The notes: generated by a model from the sequence alone, not told the origin. A DNA stretch of 64,000 nucleotides from Nitrosopumilus sp. (GCA_963667665.2 OY763927.2:800001-864000); one strand, 5' to 3'; positions 52,454 through 63,389 are shown, counted from the stretch's first letter. Translations and numbers: made by a program.

Positions 52454-54249
52454 TCACCCTTTCCAGTTTTTGTATGGTAACTAGTATCATCACCATAATC
52501 AAGGTAAAAGTCTGGATCTTCTTCTTTTGTTGGAGGAATTACCAGGGGTTCTAAAACTTTTTTGATATCATTAATTGATTTTATCTCAGAGTCTTCATTA
52601 TTATTTACAACTCTGTGAATCCAAGATTGAAGAGTGTCATCAGATTTCTTATTTTGTTTGAATAGTTCAATAATTTTTAGAATTACAGAGATTACTCTTT
52701 TTGCAGGAACTCTAAGACATGTTTGACCTAACATTGTGTCACCATCAGAGCGTCCACCTAAAGACATCTGATAATTAGCATACATGTCTTTTCCAACACG
52801 TCCTCCGCCTCCAAAGAAGCCAATAGTTGCAATTCCATGTTGGCCACAAGAGTTTGGACATCCACTTATCTTAATTGAAGAATTAGTCAAATCATCATCT
52901 TCGTCAAATTTTAACTCTAGGAGCTTTCTTTGAATTTCTTTTGATAATCTATGTGAATTTGTTAATGCAAGATTACAAGAAGTTGTTCCTGAACAGCCAA
53001 TCGGAGCAGTCATTGTTAACGCTCCAGTTTTTGCCAGTCCTACATCTAGAAGATGAGTGTACAAACGAGTCAGATCATCTTCATGAACATAACGTAATGC
53101 CACATTTTGTACAAAGCCGAATCGACCTTTACCCTCAGCAGAAAAGTCACGAATGATATCTGCTAATGCATCAAGTTGACTCGCAGTGATATCTCCTGCC
53201 TCAAGTGCGATAAAGACAGAATGATAACCAGATTGTTTTTGTTTAACGGTACTTGTTTTGAGCCATCTTGCATAACCTTCAGGTGCGGCTTGACCACTTT
53301 CATCAGAAATTCTAATTGGTCGTTTGATTTCATTTGTGGTATGATCAACTTCTAATTGAGTAATTACAGACTGAGTAGCTCTTACAATTGCTCTTTCTTT
53401 TAGAACTAGATTTTGGAATTTTTCCCATCCCATATCATTTACAAGATAACGCATTCTATTTCTTGCCATATTTTTTCTATCACCAAGTCTATCAAAAATT
53501 CTCACTACAGCCATTGAAGTGTAAACCAAATCTTCTTCAGGAGTAAACTCTTCTAATTGATGTCCAACAAATGATTTATTTCCCAATCCCCCTCCAAGAA
53601 AGATTTTAAAACCTCTTTGAGTTATTCCGTCAACTTCTCGAATCTGAGGGATTAATCCAACGTCAACCATTCTTACCATTCCATGTTTTTCACAACAAGT
53701 AAAATTGAATTTGAATTTACGTGGAAGATTTTGAGCCATTGGGTTTCTCAAAAAGAATCTCGCTGTTGCAAGCGCATATGGAGTTGAATCAAATTCTTCA
53801 GCTGGACAAACACCAGACAAAGGACTACACATAACATTTCTTACTGTATTTCCACATGCTTCTCTTGATGTAAGACCAACTTCAGTTAGTCCTCTAAAAA
53901 TCTCTGAAACATCTTCAAGAACCACCCAGTGAAGTTGAATGTTCTCTCTTGTTGAAAAGTGTGCACTACCTATTGAAAACTGCTCACTTAGTTGAGATAT
54001 TTTTTCAAGTTGATGTGGATAAATTTCACCTGCAGGAATTTTGATTCTAACCATGGCATAATCTCCAGTCATTCTAGTACCATATGCCCCATGTTGAAGT
54101 CTAAATCTTCTAAAACTATCCTTATCATATTTTCCTTGACGGAATAATTTTACGGTCTTTGCAAAATTGTCTGCCTCTTCCATTCTAGCCCAATTGATGT
54201 TAGGTCTTACAGAGTCAGGTCTAGATTGTTTCAGATCAGATGTAGTCAT
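52441..54249 (-). CDS. Ferredoxin-dependent sulfite/nitrite reductase
   Basis: TRENIQ, LPRKFK, CSGTTSC and SGCPNSCGQH siroheme/Fe-S motifs. Confidence 0.93.
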   Translation of the reverse strand: MTTSDLKQSRPDSVRPNINWARMEEADNFAKTVKLFRQGKYDKDSFRRFRLQHGAYGTRMTGDYAMVRIKIPAGEIYPHQLEKISQLSEQFSIGSAHFSTRENIQLHWVVLEDVSEIFRGLTEVGLTSREACGNTVRNVMCSPLSGVCPAEEFDSTPYALATARFFLRNPMAQNLPRKFKFNFTCCEKHGMVRMVDVGLIPQIREVDGITQRGFKIFLGGGLGNKSFVGHQLEEFTPEEDLVYTSMAVVRIFDRLGDRKNMARNRMRYLVNDMGWEKFQNLVLKERAIVRATQSVITQLEVDHTTNEIKRPIRISDESGQAAPEGYARWLKTSTVKQKQSGYHSVFIALEAGDITASQLDALADIIRDFSAEGKGRFGFVQNVALRYVHEDDLTRLYTHLLDVGLAKTGALTMTAPIGCSGTTSCNLALTNSHRLSKEIQRKLLELKFDEDDDLTNSSIKISGCPNSCGQHGIATIGFFGGGGRVGKDMYANYQMSLGGRSDGDTMLGQTCLRVPAKRVISVILKIIELFKQNKKSDDTLQSWIHRVVNNNEDSEIKSINDIKKVLEPLVIPPTKEEDPDFYLDYGDDTSYHTKTGKGECAA

Positions 54250-54445
54250 TACAAAGAAATTCCTTTGGATTTGGTTATAAATTTATGATATATGGAAGTT
54301 TTAGGAGAAAAATTTTCAGCAAAGTACATAATTTTCCTGTTTTTCACTTCAGGGTTTATCGCAATTAGATAGAACCCATTAGTACTACCTAATTTTTTAA
54401 AAAAATTGTGAGAAAGTATTAATTGGTTCACAGAATGAAACTCAT

Positions 54446-55264
54446 ATGCAAGAAGCAACAGTTGCACAAGAATCTAATAAAATATTTACCGATGTACGTG
54501 AAGTTGAAATTACACGTGCAATTGCAAATGAATTTCATGATGTATTAATTGATAGAGCAGAATCAGACGTAATCATTATTGGTGCTGGACCTGCAGGATT
54601 AACAGCAAGTAGAGAGCTTTCAAACATGGGTTACAAAGTTCTAGTTATTGAACAAAATAACTACCTTGGAGGAGGTTATTGGTTAGGAGGATACATGATG
54701 AATCCTGTCACAGTAAGAGAACCTGCACAAAAAATTTGGGATGAATTGGGAGTGCCATACAAAAAAGTTGCAGAGGGATTGTATCTAACGCCAGGGCCAC
54801 ATGCAGTATCAAAGTTAATTGCAGCTGCATGTGATGCAGGAGTAAAATTTCTTCAACTTACAAAGTTTGATGATTTAGTATTAAAAAATGGAAGAGTTAC
54901 AGGAATTGTAGTCAATTGGATGCCAGTTTCAGCACTACCACGAAACATTACATGTGTTGACCCAATTGCTTTAGAATCTAAAATAATCATTGATGCCTCA
55001 GGTCATGATTCTGTAGCTGTAAAAAGACTAGTTGATAGAGGACTAGCAAAATGGAAAGGAATGGAACCAATGTTTGTTAATGAGGGAGAAGAACACGTTG
55101 TTCATAAGACAGGTGAAGTGTATCCAGGATTAATTGCTGCAGGCATGTCAGTTACTGAAACACATGGACTAGCAAGAATGGGGCCAACATTTGGTTCAAT
55201 GTTATTCTCAGGTAAAAGAGCAGCAGAAATTACAGCAGAAAAAATCAAAGAGTTAGAAAGATAA
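54446..55264 (+). CDS. thi4: Thiazole synthase Thi4
   Basis: GAGPAGL, LGGGYWLGG, CVDP, RMGPTFGSM. Confidence 0.95.
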   Translation: MQEATVAQESNKIFTDVREVEITRAIANEFHDVLIDRAESDVIIIGAGPAGLTASRELSNMGYKVLVIEQNNYLGGGYWLGGYMMNPVTVREPAQKIWDELGVPYKKVAEGLYLTPGPHAVSKLIAAACDAGVKFLQLTKFDDLVLKNGRVTGIVVNWMPVSALPRNITCVDPIALESKIIIDASGHDSVAVKRLVDRGLAKWKGMEPMFVNEGEEHVVHKTGEVYPGLIAAGMSVTETHGLARMGPTFGSMLFSGKRAAEITAEKIKELER

Positions 55265-55288
55265 GCCATTAAAACGAATGGATCTTTA

Positions 55289-56065
55289 TTGAAAACTTGT
55301 AAAATAATTCTATATGATGAGCCTACTGTTCCTGAAATTCAATTAGAAAGATTAAAAAAATTTCTCAAAGAAATATTTTCAATTGAAATTGAGGTAAGAG
55401 AAAGCATATTTCAACATACAAATGATAACATAGCCAAAAAAATGGCATGTTGTAGAATTTTTAATTTAAAAAAACCTTTTGAAAAACATGTTCCATCTGC
55501 AGAAGACATACGAATTGAAAAAGAAAACAAAGACATGTCAGAAAAAAAAGAAATGACATTATATGATGGATTTGAATTTCATAATGTAATTAGTGAATTA
55601 ATCCCAAGCAATGAAAATAATAGTGATACACTACATATTGTTTTTACAAATAAACTTACATGTACATTTGATGAGAATGACTTTAGATATCATGCAAGAG
55701 CCATAATTGGTTCCAACCCTACAATAATTTCAACAACAGGAATGATAGAAGCACCAGCAAAACCAAAACAATACTATCTAGATTTAATGACAAATTTTTC
55801 TGAGAACAAAGTCGGAGAAATCAAGAAAAAATACAAAGGGGAATTTTTAGAATATCATGATTCACGAATATCAGAAATTACAGAGGGGTACCTATTGCAA
55901 GCCATAATTTATTATGAAACAGGAGAAGCATTTTGTGCACATAAAGATTGCAGATTATTTAATGCTCACTGGCAGAAAGATCTTTTTTTCTCACAATTAG
56001 AAAACAAAAAATTTTGTAAAAAACATCAAGAAATTTTAGATGAATTAAAAAATCCAAGTCATTAG
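55289..56065 (+). CDS. Putative archaeal metallopeptidase-like protein
   Basis: RYHARA, EAPAKP, FC...CRLFNAHWQ, FCKKH. Confidence 0.65.
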   Translation: MKTCKIILYDEPTVPEIQLERLKKFLKEIFSIEIEVRESIFQHTNDNIAKKMACCRIFNLKKPFEKHVPSAEDIRIEKENKDMSEKKEMTLYDGFEFHNVISELIPSNENNSDTLHIVFTNKLTCTFDENDFRYHARAIIGSNPTIISTTGMIEAPAKPKQYYLDLMTNFSENKVGEIKKKYKGEFLEYHDSRISEITEGYLLQAIIYYETGEAFCAHKDCRLFNAHWQKDLFFSQLENKKFCKKHQEILDELKNPSH

Positions 56066-56137
56066 ATACAGATCTTATTTCTGAAATCTAAAGAGGATAT
56101 TGACTTAAATTATTGAAGCATGCGAATATGAATTATC

Positions 56138-57142
56138 ATGATGTCAGCAGATGATGGCGCAACAGTACTTGAAACAAAAGATGAAGGCCCAAAGATTCCA
56201 AATAATACAAAAACAAAATTTGATGTAGTAATAATTGGTGCAGGCCCTTCAGGATATACAGCAGGAATTTATTGCTCTAGAGCAGGTTATGATACTTTGA
56301 TTTTATCAGGAATACTACCTGGAGGACAACTAGCCAACACCACAGAAGTTGAAAACTATCCTGGATTTGAAAATGCGATAATGGGTCCAGATTTGATGAT
56401 TGACATGAGAAAACAATGTCAAAAAATGGGAACGACAATTATTGATGATGAAGCAGTTAACGTAGATTTTAGACGTAAACCTTACAAAGTTCTCACAGCA
56501 ACTGAAGAATACGAAGGACGTGCAATAATTATTGCAACAGGTGCAAATCCCAGAAAACTAGAATTAGAAGGAGAAAAGACATTTGCTGGAAAAGGTGTTT
56601 CATATTGTGCTACATGTGATGGCCCATTCTTTAGAAATCTAGAACTAATTGTTGCAGGAGGAGGAGACTCTGCAATAGAAGAAGCAACATTTCTAACAAA
56701 ATTTGCTTCAATGATTCATTTGGTTCATAGACGAAGTGAGTTACGTGCAAGTAAAGTAATGCAAGAAAGGGCATTTAACAATGAAAAAATAAAATTTCAT
56801 TGGGATTCGGCAGTAATTGACATCAAAGGAGACCAAAAAATGCAACAAGCAGTTCTAAAAAATCTAAAAACAAATGAAGAAACAACACTTGATGTTGGAG
56901 GTCTTTTTGTGGCAATTGGACACGTACCTAACACAGATCTATTCAAAGACCAGATTGAGTTAGATGATAATGGATATGTTGTGTTAAAGAATAAAACACA
57001 CACTAGCGTGGAAGGGGTTTTTGCTGCAGGAGATGTACATGATAGAAATTATAGACAGGCAGTTACTGCTGCAGGATATGGTTGTATGGCAGCAATTGAT
57101 GTTGACAAGTATCTTACAGAAAGTGCTGACAAACAAGAATGA
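56138..57142 (+). CDS. trxB: Thioredoxin reductase
   Basis: VENYPGF, CATCDG, GGGDSA, FAAGDV. Confidence 0.97.
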   Translation: MMSADDGATVLETKDEGPKIPNNTKTKFDVVIIGAGPSGYTAGIYCSRAGYDTLILSGILPGGQLANTTEVENYPGFENAIMGPDLMIDMRKQCQKMGTTIIDDEAVNVDFRRKPYKVLTATEEYEGRAIIIATGANPRKLELEGEKTFAGKGVSYCATCDGPFFRNLELIVAGGGDSAIEEATFLTKFASMIHLVHRRSELRASKVMQERAFNNEKIKFHWDSAVIDIKGDQKMQQAVLKNLKTNEETTLDVGGLFVAIGHVPNTDLFKDQIELDDNGYVVLKNKTHTSVEGVFAAGDVHDRNYRQAVTAAGYGCMAAIDVDKYLTESADKQE

Positions 57143-57354
57143 AAAATGCCCAATGTAAAAAATGTTTGAATAAATTTTATGAAAAAGACATCTATACTAT
57201 TCAGCAATTTCAATACAGAAAAAAACCCACATACAAATGGACATTAGAATTTTTAAAAAAATTAGAAATTGATGAATGGGATTCATTTTGTGAGAAGTGC
57301 ATAATGTTTTATTCAAAAAAATCAAATGAGACTTGGGAAAAATCAAAGGTTTAA
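57139..57354 (+). CDS. Small CxxC hypothetical protein
   Basis: ATGA overlap with trxB; CKKC and CEKC. Confidence 0.65.
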   Translation: MKNAQCKKCLNKFYEKDIYTIQQFQYRKKPTYKWTLEFLKKLEIDEWDSFCEKCIMFYSKKSNETWEKSKV

Positions 57355-57386
57355 ACTCTTCATTAAAAGTAAAGGTACTGAGTTTT

Positions 57387-57860
57387 ATGAGTGATAAGAA
57401 TGAAAATCTAAAAAAATCAGCTAAAACACATAGTGATAAACTAGCAAAATTAGGAATGGAATTATCTGAAGTCCAGTTCAGTTACAAGATAGAAGAAAAA
57501 CCCAGCAAAGAATATTGGCAAAAAAGAATTGATGATTTTAAAAAATATAATGAAATGGGAATGAAATATTATAATCAAGTATATTCTTTGATGAATTTAA
57601 TTAACAAGGAAGAAGCGCAAATATTTCTATTAAGTACCAGTAAATTTCATCAACTTGGATTAACATTAATTGAAATCATGGAAAAAATCAGAGAAAACCC
57701 ATCAATTGTAGATACTAAAGACAAACAGCAAAGTCGATGGAGCAGAAAACTCAGAGATCAAGTAACTGAACATGGAAACAAATGTCTCAGACTTGAAATG
57801 GATATTAACACATCATTTAGAGAATTTTATGAAAAACATCTAAAGAAAATTCTAGAATAA
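57387..57860 (+). CDS. Hypothetical helical protein
   Basis: Open frame; start taken at MSDKNE. Confidence 0.65.
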   Translation: MSDKNENLKKSAKTHSDKLAKLGMELSEVQFSYKIEEKPSKEYWQKRIDDFKKYNEMGMKYYNQVYSLMNLINKEEAQIFLLSTSKFHQLGLTLIEIMEKIRENPSIVDTKDKQQSRWSRKLRDQVTEHGNKCLRLEMDINTSFREFYEKHLKKILE

Positions 57861-57865
57861 CACAA

Positions 57866-58858
57866 TCAGTATGCCAATTCAGACATATGTTGGGCTTCTT
57901 TGAGGGCATTATCAAATTTTTGCTCAGTCATAACATTTTGTGTAGCATAAACACTCCTAAATTTTCGTCCATCATCAGCAAAAATTCCAACCACACATGC
58001 ATCTCCCTCAATAAAGTATTTTTTCATGCAGGCATAAACTGCTGCAGATGAAGGACTGATCAAAAGTTTTTCTTTTTCAAATACTTCTTTTACTACTGAA
58101 AATGCTTCTTTATTATCTACAGAGACCCAGTCATCAACAATATTTTCTCGTTTCAAAAATAAATCTGGTTTTGCAGATTCTTCAAAGTTTCTCCATCCTT
58201 GAATTAAATGATTTTGTTGTGGTTGACATCCAATTATTTTCACATCAGGGTTTTTTTCTTTTAGAAAAGCACCAATTCCAGTAATGGTACCGCCAGTTCC
58301 TACACCAGCAAAGAAATGAGTTACTTTTCCTTCAGTTTGTTTCCAAATTTCAGGACCTGTTCCAACATAATGTCCTTTGAAATTTGCTTCATTGGCATAT
58401 TGATTTGGAGAATAATATGTATCAGGTCTTGATGATGCGATAGATGTTGCAAGTGCAATACTTTGGTCAGTCCCAGCACCAACTTTTGGACACAAATCAT
58501 CACTTGTCTCAAATACTTTAGCGCCAAGGTTTCGGATTATTTCCTTTGTTTCATTACTAACTTTTTCTGGAATAACTATCTCAACTTTGTATCCCAACAC
58601 ATTGGCGATTCCAGTTAATGCGATTCCAGTATTTCCAGAAGTAGGTTCAATAATGATACTCTTTCCTTTTTTTAAAATTCCTCGTTCTTCACCATCTTTT
58701 ATCATCCAATATGCAGCTCTGTCTTTAACAGAACCAAATGGATTGTTACCTTCTAATTTTGCAAAATATTTAGTGTTATTATTAGAAAGAGAATCTAATT
58801 TCACAAGAGATGTGTTACCTACTCGACTTAACACATCTGTATCAGTAACAGTAGTCAT
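57866..58858 (-). CDS. PLP-dependent cysteine synthase family protein
   Basis: NPFGSVKDR, EPTSGNTG, GVGTGGT. Confidence 0.93.
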   Translation of the reverse strand: MTTVTDTDVLSRVGNTSLVKLDSLSNNNTKYFAKLEGNNPFGSVKDRAAYWMIKDGEERGILKKGKSIIIEPTSGNTGIALTGIANVLGYKVEIVIPEKVSNETKEIIRNLGAKVFETSDDLCPKVGAGTDQSIALATSIASSRPDTYYSPNQYANEANFKGHYVGTGPEIWKQTEGKVTHFFAGVGTGGTITGIGAFLKEKNPDVKIIGCQPQQNHLIQGWRNFEESAKPDLFLKRENIVDDWVSVDNKEAFSVVKEVFEKEKLLISPSSAAVYACMKKYFIEGDACVVGIFADDGRKFRSVYATQNVMTEQKFDNALKEAQHMSELAY

Positions 58859-58866
58859 AATTGTGG

Positions 58867-59103
58867 TTATTTCACCTTTTTAATTTGAAATGTTATTACA
58901 TTTCCATCTTTAGACATGTTGACTAATTCATGGCCAGTTCTTGTAACCCATCTTGAAATATCATCTTCAGCTGCTGGATCATCTGCAGAAACAATTAGAG
59001 TTTCACCAACTTGCATTCTTTCAATTTCAATTTTTGTTCTAAACACTGGTTCAGGACAAAACAATCCTGTTGCATCTAATTTTTTTTCAGTTGATTCAGA
59101 CAT
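58867..59103 (-). CDS. tusA: TusA/SirA sulfur carrier
   Basis: LDATGLFCPEP, DDPAA. Confidence 0.92.
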   Translation of the reverse strand: MSESTEKKLDATGLFCPEPVFRTKIEIERMQVGETLIVSADDPAAEDDISRWVTRTGHELVNMSKDGNVITFQIKKVK

Positions 59104-59203
59104 GATATCTAATTCACAAAGAGCGTTTTGTCATATTAAAATCTACTTCAATTTAACAAAGAGAGTAGCTACAGCTAACATGATCTTGAAATTGTTACAG
59201 GTT

Positions 59204-59320
59204 TCATTTCTTAGGTATCACCTTTTCATCTTTTGGTTTATGACATCCACAATTATAATAACAAATTGTACTCCCACTTCTACAACCACAAAATTCACAT
59301 TTTTTTTCTTTAGTTGCCAT
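59204..59320 (-). CDS. 38-aa Cys-rich metallothionein-like peptide, absent from the ORF track
   Basis: MATKEKKCEFCGCRSGSTICYNNCGCHKPKDEKVIPKK*. Confidence 0.55.
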   Translation of the reverse strand: MATKEKKCEFCGCRSGSTICYYNCGCHKPKDEKVIPKK

Positions 59321-59476
59321 TATTCTTAAATCCTCAATAGGTACAAGTTTTTCTTCTTCATGTCCAACAATCAACTACGTCATGAAGTTAGTTAAAGATG
59401 ATCTTGAAATTTGAAATTGTTACAAAGCCGCAAAAGGGTCTGTGTTTTAGTTCAATTTAGCTTATCCTACTATTAT

Positions 59477-60391
59477 TTACAATGACATTTTGAACATAGT
59501 AGCAAGGTTTCTCTCTTTCATGAAACTTGGGTCCTTATTTTGGAAATTGATTTTTTGTGAAATTCGTTTCAGGAAGTAAAGCATAATTTTGTAACACATA
59601 AGCCACATAGGACTATTTGGATATGAATCATAAATTTTGAGTAATAGAGTAGAGAACCATTTTGAATGTGGATAATATTCAGAAATATAGTCTGCTATGT
59701 ATTCTCTCGAGGTGTTAATTTGGTATTTAAGATGGTCAAGCATTTCGTTTTCTAATGCATAACCAGTTTGAGAAATTTCAATTTTACCATGCTTCATTGC
59801 ATGTAAAATATCATCAAGATTATTTTCAGAATCAATAACATTAACACATCTGCCAAGAGTAGATAAGACATGTGAATCGCTACCTGCCACTTGAATCATC
59901 TTATTATCCAATGCAAATTGAGCTGCACGTGCATTAGATAGTAAATCAACATTGTTACTGTTAAAAACTTCAACCATGTCACATTTTTTGGCATTATCAC
60001 GTAACGCATCGATTAGACTAAATGGATGAGGAGCAGACGATACTCCACCTTGCTTTGATACTTCATCAATTATCTCTTCAAGAGAGATTCCGGCTGCAAT
60101 TGTATCATGAATTCCATATGCGAGAACATGTGCGCCAGTATCAGTTGTGATCTCCTCAGCTGGAAAGATGTCAATGTTTTTGAATTTGGCATGATCATTT
60201 TTGTATTCTAACAGCTGATCATATCCATCTAGAGTGTTATGGTTTGTAACAAAAATTGCATCTAATCCCAATTCATATGATTGTTCTAGTTGATCTCGGA
60301 TTGAAATATCACAATCATATGGTGGTTCCTTGTACCCAAGATGAAAATTTGAAAAGGAGTTGTGACAATGTAATTCAGTCTTTATTGACAT
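59477..60391 (-). CDS. PHP-domain phosphoesterase
   Basis: ELHCH, TNHN, PHPF, GSDSH. Confidence 0.9.
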   Translation of the reverse strand: MSIKTELHCHNSFSNFHLGYKEPPYDCDISIRDQLEQSYELGLDAIFVTNHNTLDGYDQLLEYKNDHAKFKNIDIFPAEEITTDTGAHVLAYGIHDTIAAGISLEEIIDEVSKQGGVSSAPHPFSLIDALRDNAKKCDMVEVFNSNNVDLLSNARAAQFALDNKMIQVAGSDSHVLSTLGRCVNVIDSENNLDDILHAMKHGKIEISQTGYALENEMLDHLKYQINTSREYIADYISEYYPHSKWFSTLLLKIYDSYPNSPMWLMCYKIMLYFLKRISQKINFQNKDPSFMKERNLATMFKMSL

Positions 60392-60447
60392 TTTTCACAA
60401 TAAATGCCCCTGTTTAGATTATAATCCTATTGAAAAAAATTTGAAGT

Positions 60448-61173
60448 TTATTTAAAAAGATCTTCATTTTCTGGGCGAATTAATTTATCAATCACATGAT
60501 CTTCCATCTTAAATGAATAATCACGGATTATTGCCACAGGGCATTTCAAGGCTTTTCCCATTACTAATTCAGCAGCAGCAGAAAGTTCATCAGCAACTGC
60601 GATTTCAGTGATACGTAAAATTTTTTCAAAAGAATCTAATGTTCCAGCATAATTTAAGATAGGATTCAACCCTGAAATTCCAATAGCACAGTTAGTTTGA
60701 CCCATTCTAAAAGGACGACCAAAGGTGTCAGAGATAATTACTGCCACATTTTTGTTTGTTTGTTCCTGGATTTTATTACGTATTGTTTGTGCAGAAATAT
60801 CAGAATTAATTGGAAGTAAAGTTGCATGCCCTTCTTTTACATTACTTTCATCTACACCAGCATTTGCGCAAATAGTTCCATTATTAGTCTCAACAATAAT
60901 AATTCCATTTTTCATTCTAACGATTTTTTTTGATTCTGATAAAATTAATTCAATGACTCTAGGATCTTTTTGATATTGAGAACCAATACCTTCTGATAAT
61001 AATGAAGGTATTACAGTTGACAAATCAACAATTCGTCCTTCTTGTTTTGAGACAATTTTTTGTGCTACAACAAGAATATCGTCATCACATATCTCAAAAG
61101 AATTTAAAATTAATTTAGAAATATCATCTAATGGTTCAATCTCTTTTTCAATGTATATTGGAATAATTTGCAA
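60448..61173 (-). CDS. cofE: Coenzyme F420-0:L-glutamate ligase
   Basis: KIVSKQEG, ANAGVDESN, DTFGRPFR, ADELS. Confidence 0.95.
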   Translation of the reverse strand: MQIIPIYIEKEIEPLDDISKLILNSFEICDDDILVVAQKIVSKQEGRIVDLSTVIPSLLSEGIGSQYQKDPRVIELILSESKKIVRMKNGIIIVETNNGTICANAGVDESNVKEGHATLLPINSDISAQTIRNKIQEQTNKNVAVIISDTFGRPFRMGQTNCAIGISGLNPILNYAGTLDSFEKILRITEIAVADELSAAAELVMGKALKCPVAIIRDYSFKMEDHVIDKLIRPENEDLFK

Positions 61174-61206
61174 TTAAGATTACTAAAGAAAGGGACTAAA
61201 AAATTG

Positions 61207-61872
61207 TTATGCAGTAGTAGTTTCTAATTCCAACTTGAAGTGCTTGTTAATAATGTCCAAAATCTTGGATAGATCTTTTTCTTCCAAAATAGTGCTAGCT
61301 AAATCCTTGACTATATCTTGTGCCCGATAAGCAATGTTTAACCCACAAATATCAAATAATTTCACATCATTTGCACCATCTACAACACAAACAATGTCTT
61401 CTTTCTTCTCACCCCATTCTGCAATTTTTATTTTTGCAGATTTTGCTTTATTAGAATCAACATTAATTTTTACACCATCAAGTTTTCCATCTTTGAATAT
61501 TAATTCATTAGAAAAAACATAATCAAGGTCTAATTCTTTTTGTAATCTTTCCATCATCAGAGTAAAGCCACCAGATATTGCCATGAGTTTCCATCCAGCA
61601 GCTTTTAAGACTCTACAAGCTTCCTTTGCGCCAGTCATGATTGGTAATGAATCAGCTACTTCTTGACAAGTTTTTTCATCAAGTCCTTTCAAAGCAGCAA
61701 CTCTAGTCTTAAGTCCTTCTTCCCAATTGATTTTTCCTTGAATTCCTTGTTTAGTAATTTCCCAAATCTCATCTTCTTTGTTGAGTTTTTCTGAAAGAAT
61801 TGGAAGGTATTCTTCATCATACAAAACACCTTCAACATCAAAAATTACTAGCAATTGGTTTCTAATTTGCAA
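61207..61872 (-). CDS. serB: Phosphoserine phosphatase
   Basis: FDVEGVL, ISGGF, DGAND. Confidence 0.88.
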   Translation of the reverse strand: MQIRNQLLVIFDVEGVLYDEEYLPILSEKLNKEDEIWEITKQGIQGKINWEEGLKTRVAALKGLDEKTCQEVADSLPIMTGAKEACRVLKAAGWKLMAISGGFTLMMERLQKELDLDYVFSNELIFKDGKLDGVKINVDSNKAKSAKIKIAEWGEKKEDIVCVVDGANDVKLFDICGLNIAYRAQDIVKDLASTILEEKDLSKILDIINKHFKLELETTTA

Positions 61873-62007
61873 AAAAATTACTAATTATATTAATCTAAGT
61901 TTATTGACCAACCTAAGTAGGCATTTTAGATCGGCATATTTCAGTTTTTGTTAATTTTTAGCATGATGGATATTCTACCAAACACCTAGATCATCTAAGA
62001 GTAGTTA

Positions 62008-63069
62008 TCAAGTTGGAACTAAGTAAAGTCTTTTTAATTTTTTTCCTTTTGAATTTAAAATTGTTCTAATTAATTCAACTAAATTCTTTCCTGCAAATTC
62101 AGAAAGAGAACTAAAAATTAAACAATAATTTTTTCTATCTAATTTTGTACGTTGGCTGATATTACCAAACATTTTTTCACCAATTATAACATCACAATAA
62201 GGAAGAGCCGTTGCAAAATGACAAATATCATAATAATCGTTTTTTTTCACCGTTCTTTCTTTAGAAGATTTATCACGAGTGTAGCTTAATTCAACAAACG
62301 CATCTAATGAAGGCATTTTAGACAACATATCATTCATTTCTTTTTTATCACTTAGGAATAATTTAGGATTAATTTTGTGTTCTAAGAGAAATTCGCTTAA
62401 TGTAGGAACAACTAATTTCACGAACCATTTTAGTTTTGTATATTTATCATAAGTGGTGTCAGATACTTCATCATAATGATTTATTCGATCCCTTTCAATG
62501 GTAGTAGATAATTTTTCGATATCGTGATCAATAGTTTTGGCAAATGAAATTGGAAATTCATCTTTAAACATGACTTTCATATGTTCCGTATTTTTGTCGG
62601 ATTCTTCAAATATTTTAGTAGCATTTTCAATTTCTTCTGGTGATGAAGTACTTTCATCTTTAGGCACTATGGTGTGAGAAATGTTTGGAAAAAGATGATC
62701 AAATCGATTTGTAAGTAATTTGTCGTAGAGATTATAATATGAATTATTTTTTATTTTTCGAAAACAGACATTCAGGATCTCATATTTAAAATAGAAATCA
62801 ATTTGTCTGAAATACCATCCATTAGATGTGTCAATCATAAAATCTATTATTTCATTCCGTCGTTGTATGTTTTTATATTTTAACAATTCAAAATAATTAT
62901 ATGCAGAAAATGGAATTTTTATACGATTACCATCTCTTAATTTAATTAAATTTTTATATAATTTTTTTACAGAATCATTATTTTTTTGTCCTTTAATTAT
63001 ATCGAATAATTCAATCCAATGATTCGTATCAAGATAAATACGCGGCATAATCATTTCATTAGGATCCAA
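62008..63069 (-). CDS. Accessory hypothetical protein with PIN-like motifs
   Basis: IYLDTNHW N-terminus and NDYYD..H...ALPYCD C-terminus; very AT-rich. Confidence 0.55.
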   Translation of the reverse strand: MDPNEMIMPRIYLDTNHWIELFDIIKGQKNNDSVKKLYKNLIKLRDGNRIKIPFSAYNYFELLKYKNIQRRNEIIDFMIDTSNGWYFRQIDFYFKYEILNVCFRKIKNNSYYNLYDKLLTNRFDHLFPNISHTIVPKDESTSSPEEIENATKIFEESDKNTEHMKVMFKDEFPISFAKTIDHDIEKLSTTIERDRINHYDEVSDTTYDKYTKLKWFVKLVVPTLSEFLLEHKINPKLFLSDKKEMNDMLSKMPSLDAFVELSYTRDKSSKERTVKKNDYYDICHFATALPYCDVIIGEKMFGNISQRTKLDRKNYCLIFSSLSEFAGKNLVELIRTILNSKGKKLKRLYLVPT

Positions 63070-63220
63070 TCTAGTTCACTTAGATTTTAGATATTCAATC
63101 AAGCCAATAATTCTATTGATAGATTCTTACCTGTAAACAATAAATTTGTGAGATACAAATCAAATCAGTGTCTACAGATATACAAAAATATTCTGATATT
63201 AGAAAAACATAGTTAGGATA

Positions 63221-63388
63221 TTATCTCCCACAATTTTCAAAATCAGGAAATACGAAAACTTCATGATTTGGTAAATCAATAATGTAAAATGCAATACAAA
63301 ATATCCAATTTGCTGCATTACCCATAATCACAAACAAGCCTCCAAAAATTAAACCAGAAACCATTAGAATTAGATAAATTGTTTTCAT
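63221..63388 (-). CDS. Small membrane protein (MKT- start), absent from the ORF track
   Basis: MKTIYLILMVSGLIFGGLFVIMG...ENCGR*, starts 1 bp after the previous stop. Confidence 0.5.
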   Translation of the reverse strand: MKTIYLILMVSGLIFGGLFVIMGNAANWIFCIAFYIIDLPNHEVFVFPDFENCGR

Positions 63389-63389
63389 T

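Noticed and set aside
51647-59103. Sulfur gene cluster as a novel system
   Set aside because: Consistent with ordinary assimilatory sulfur, thiamine and cysteine metabolism
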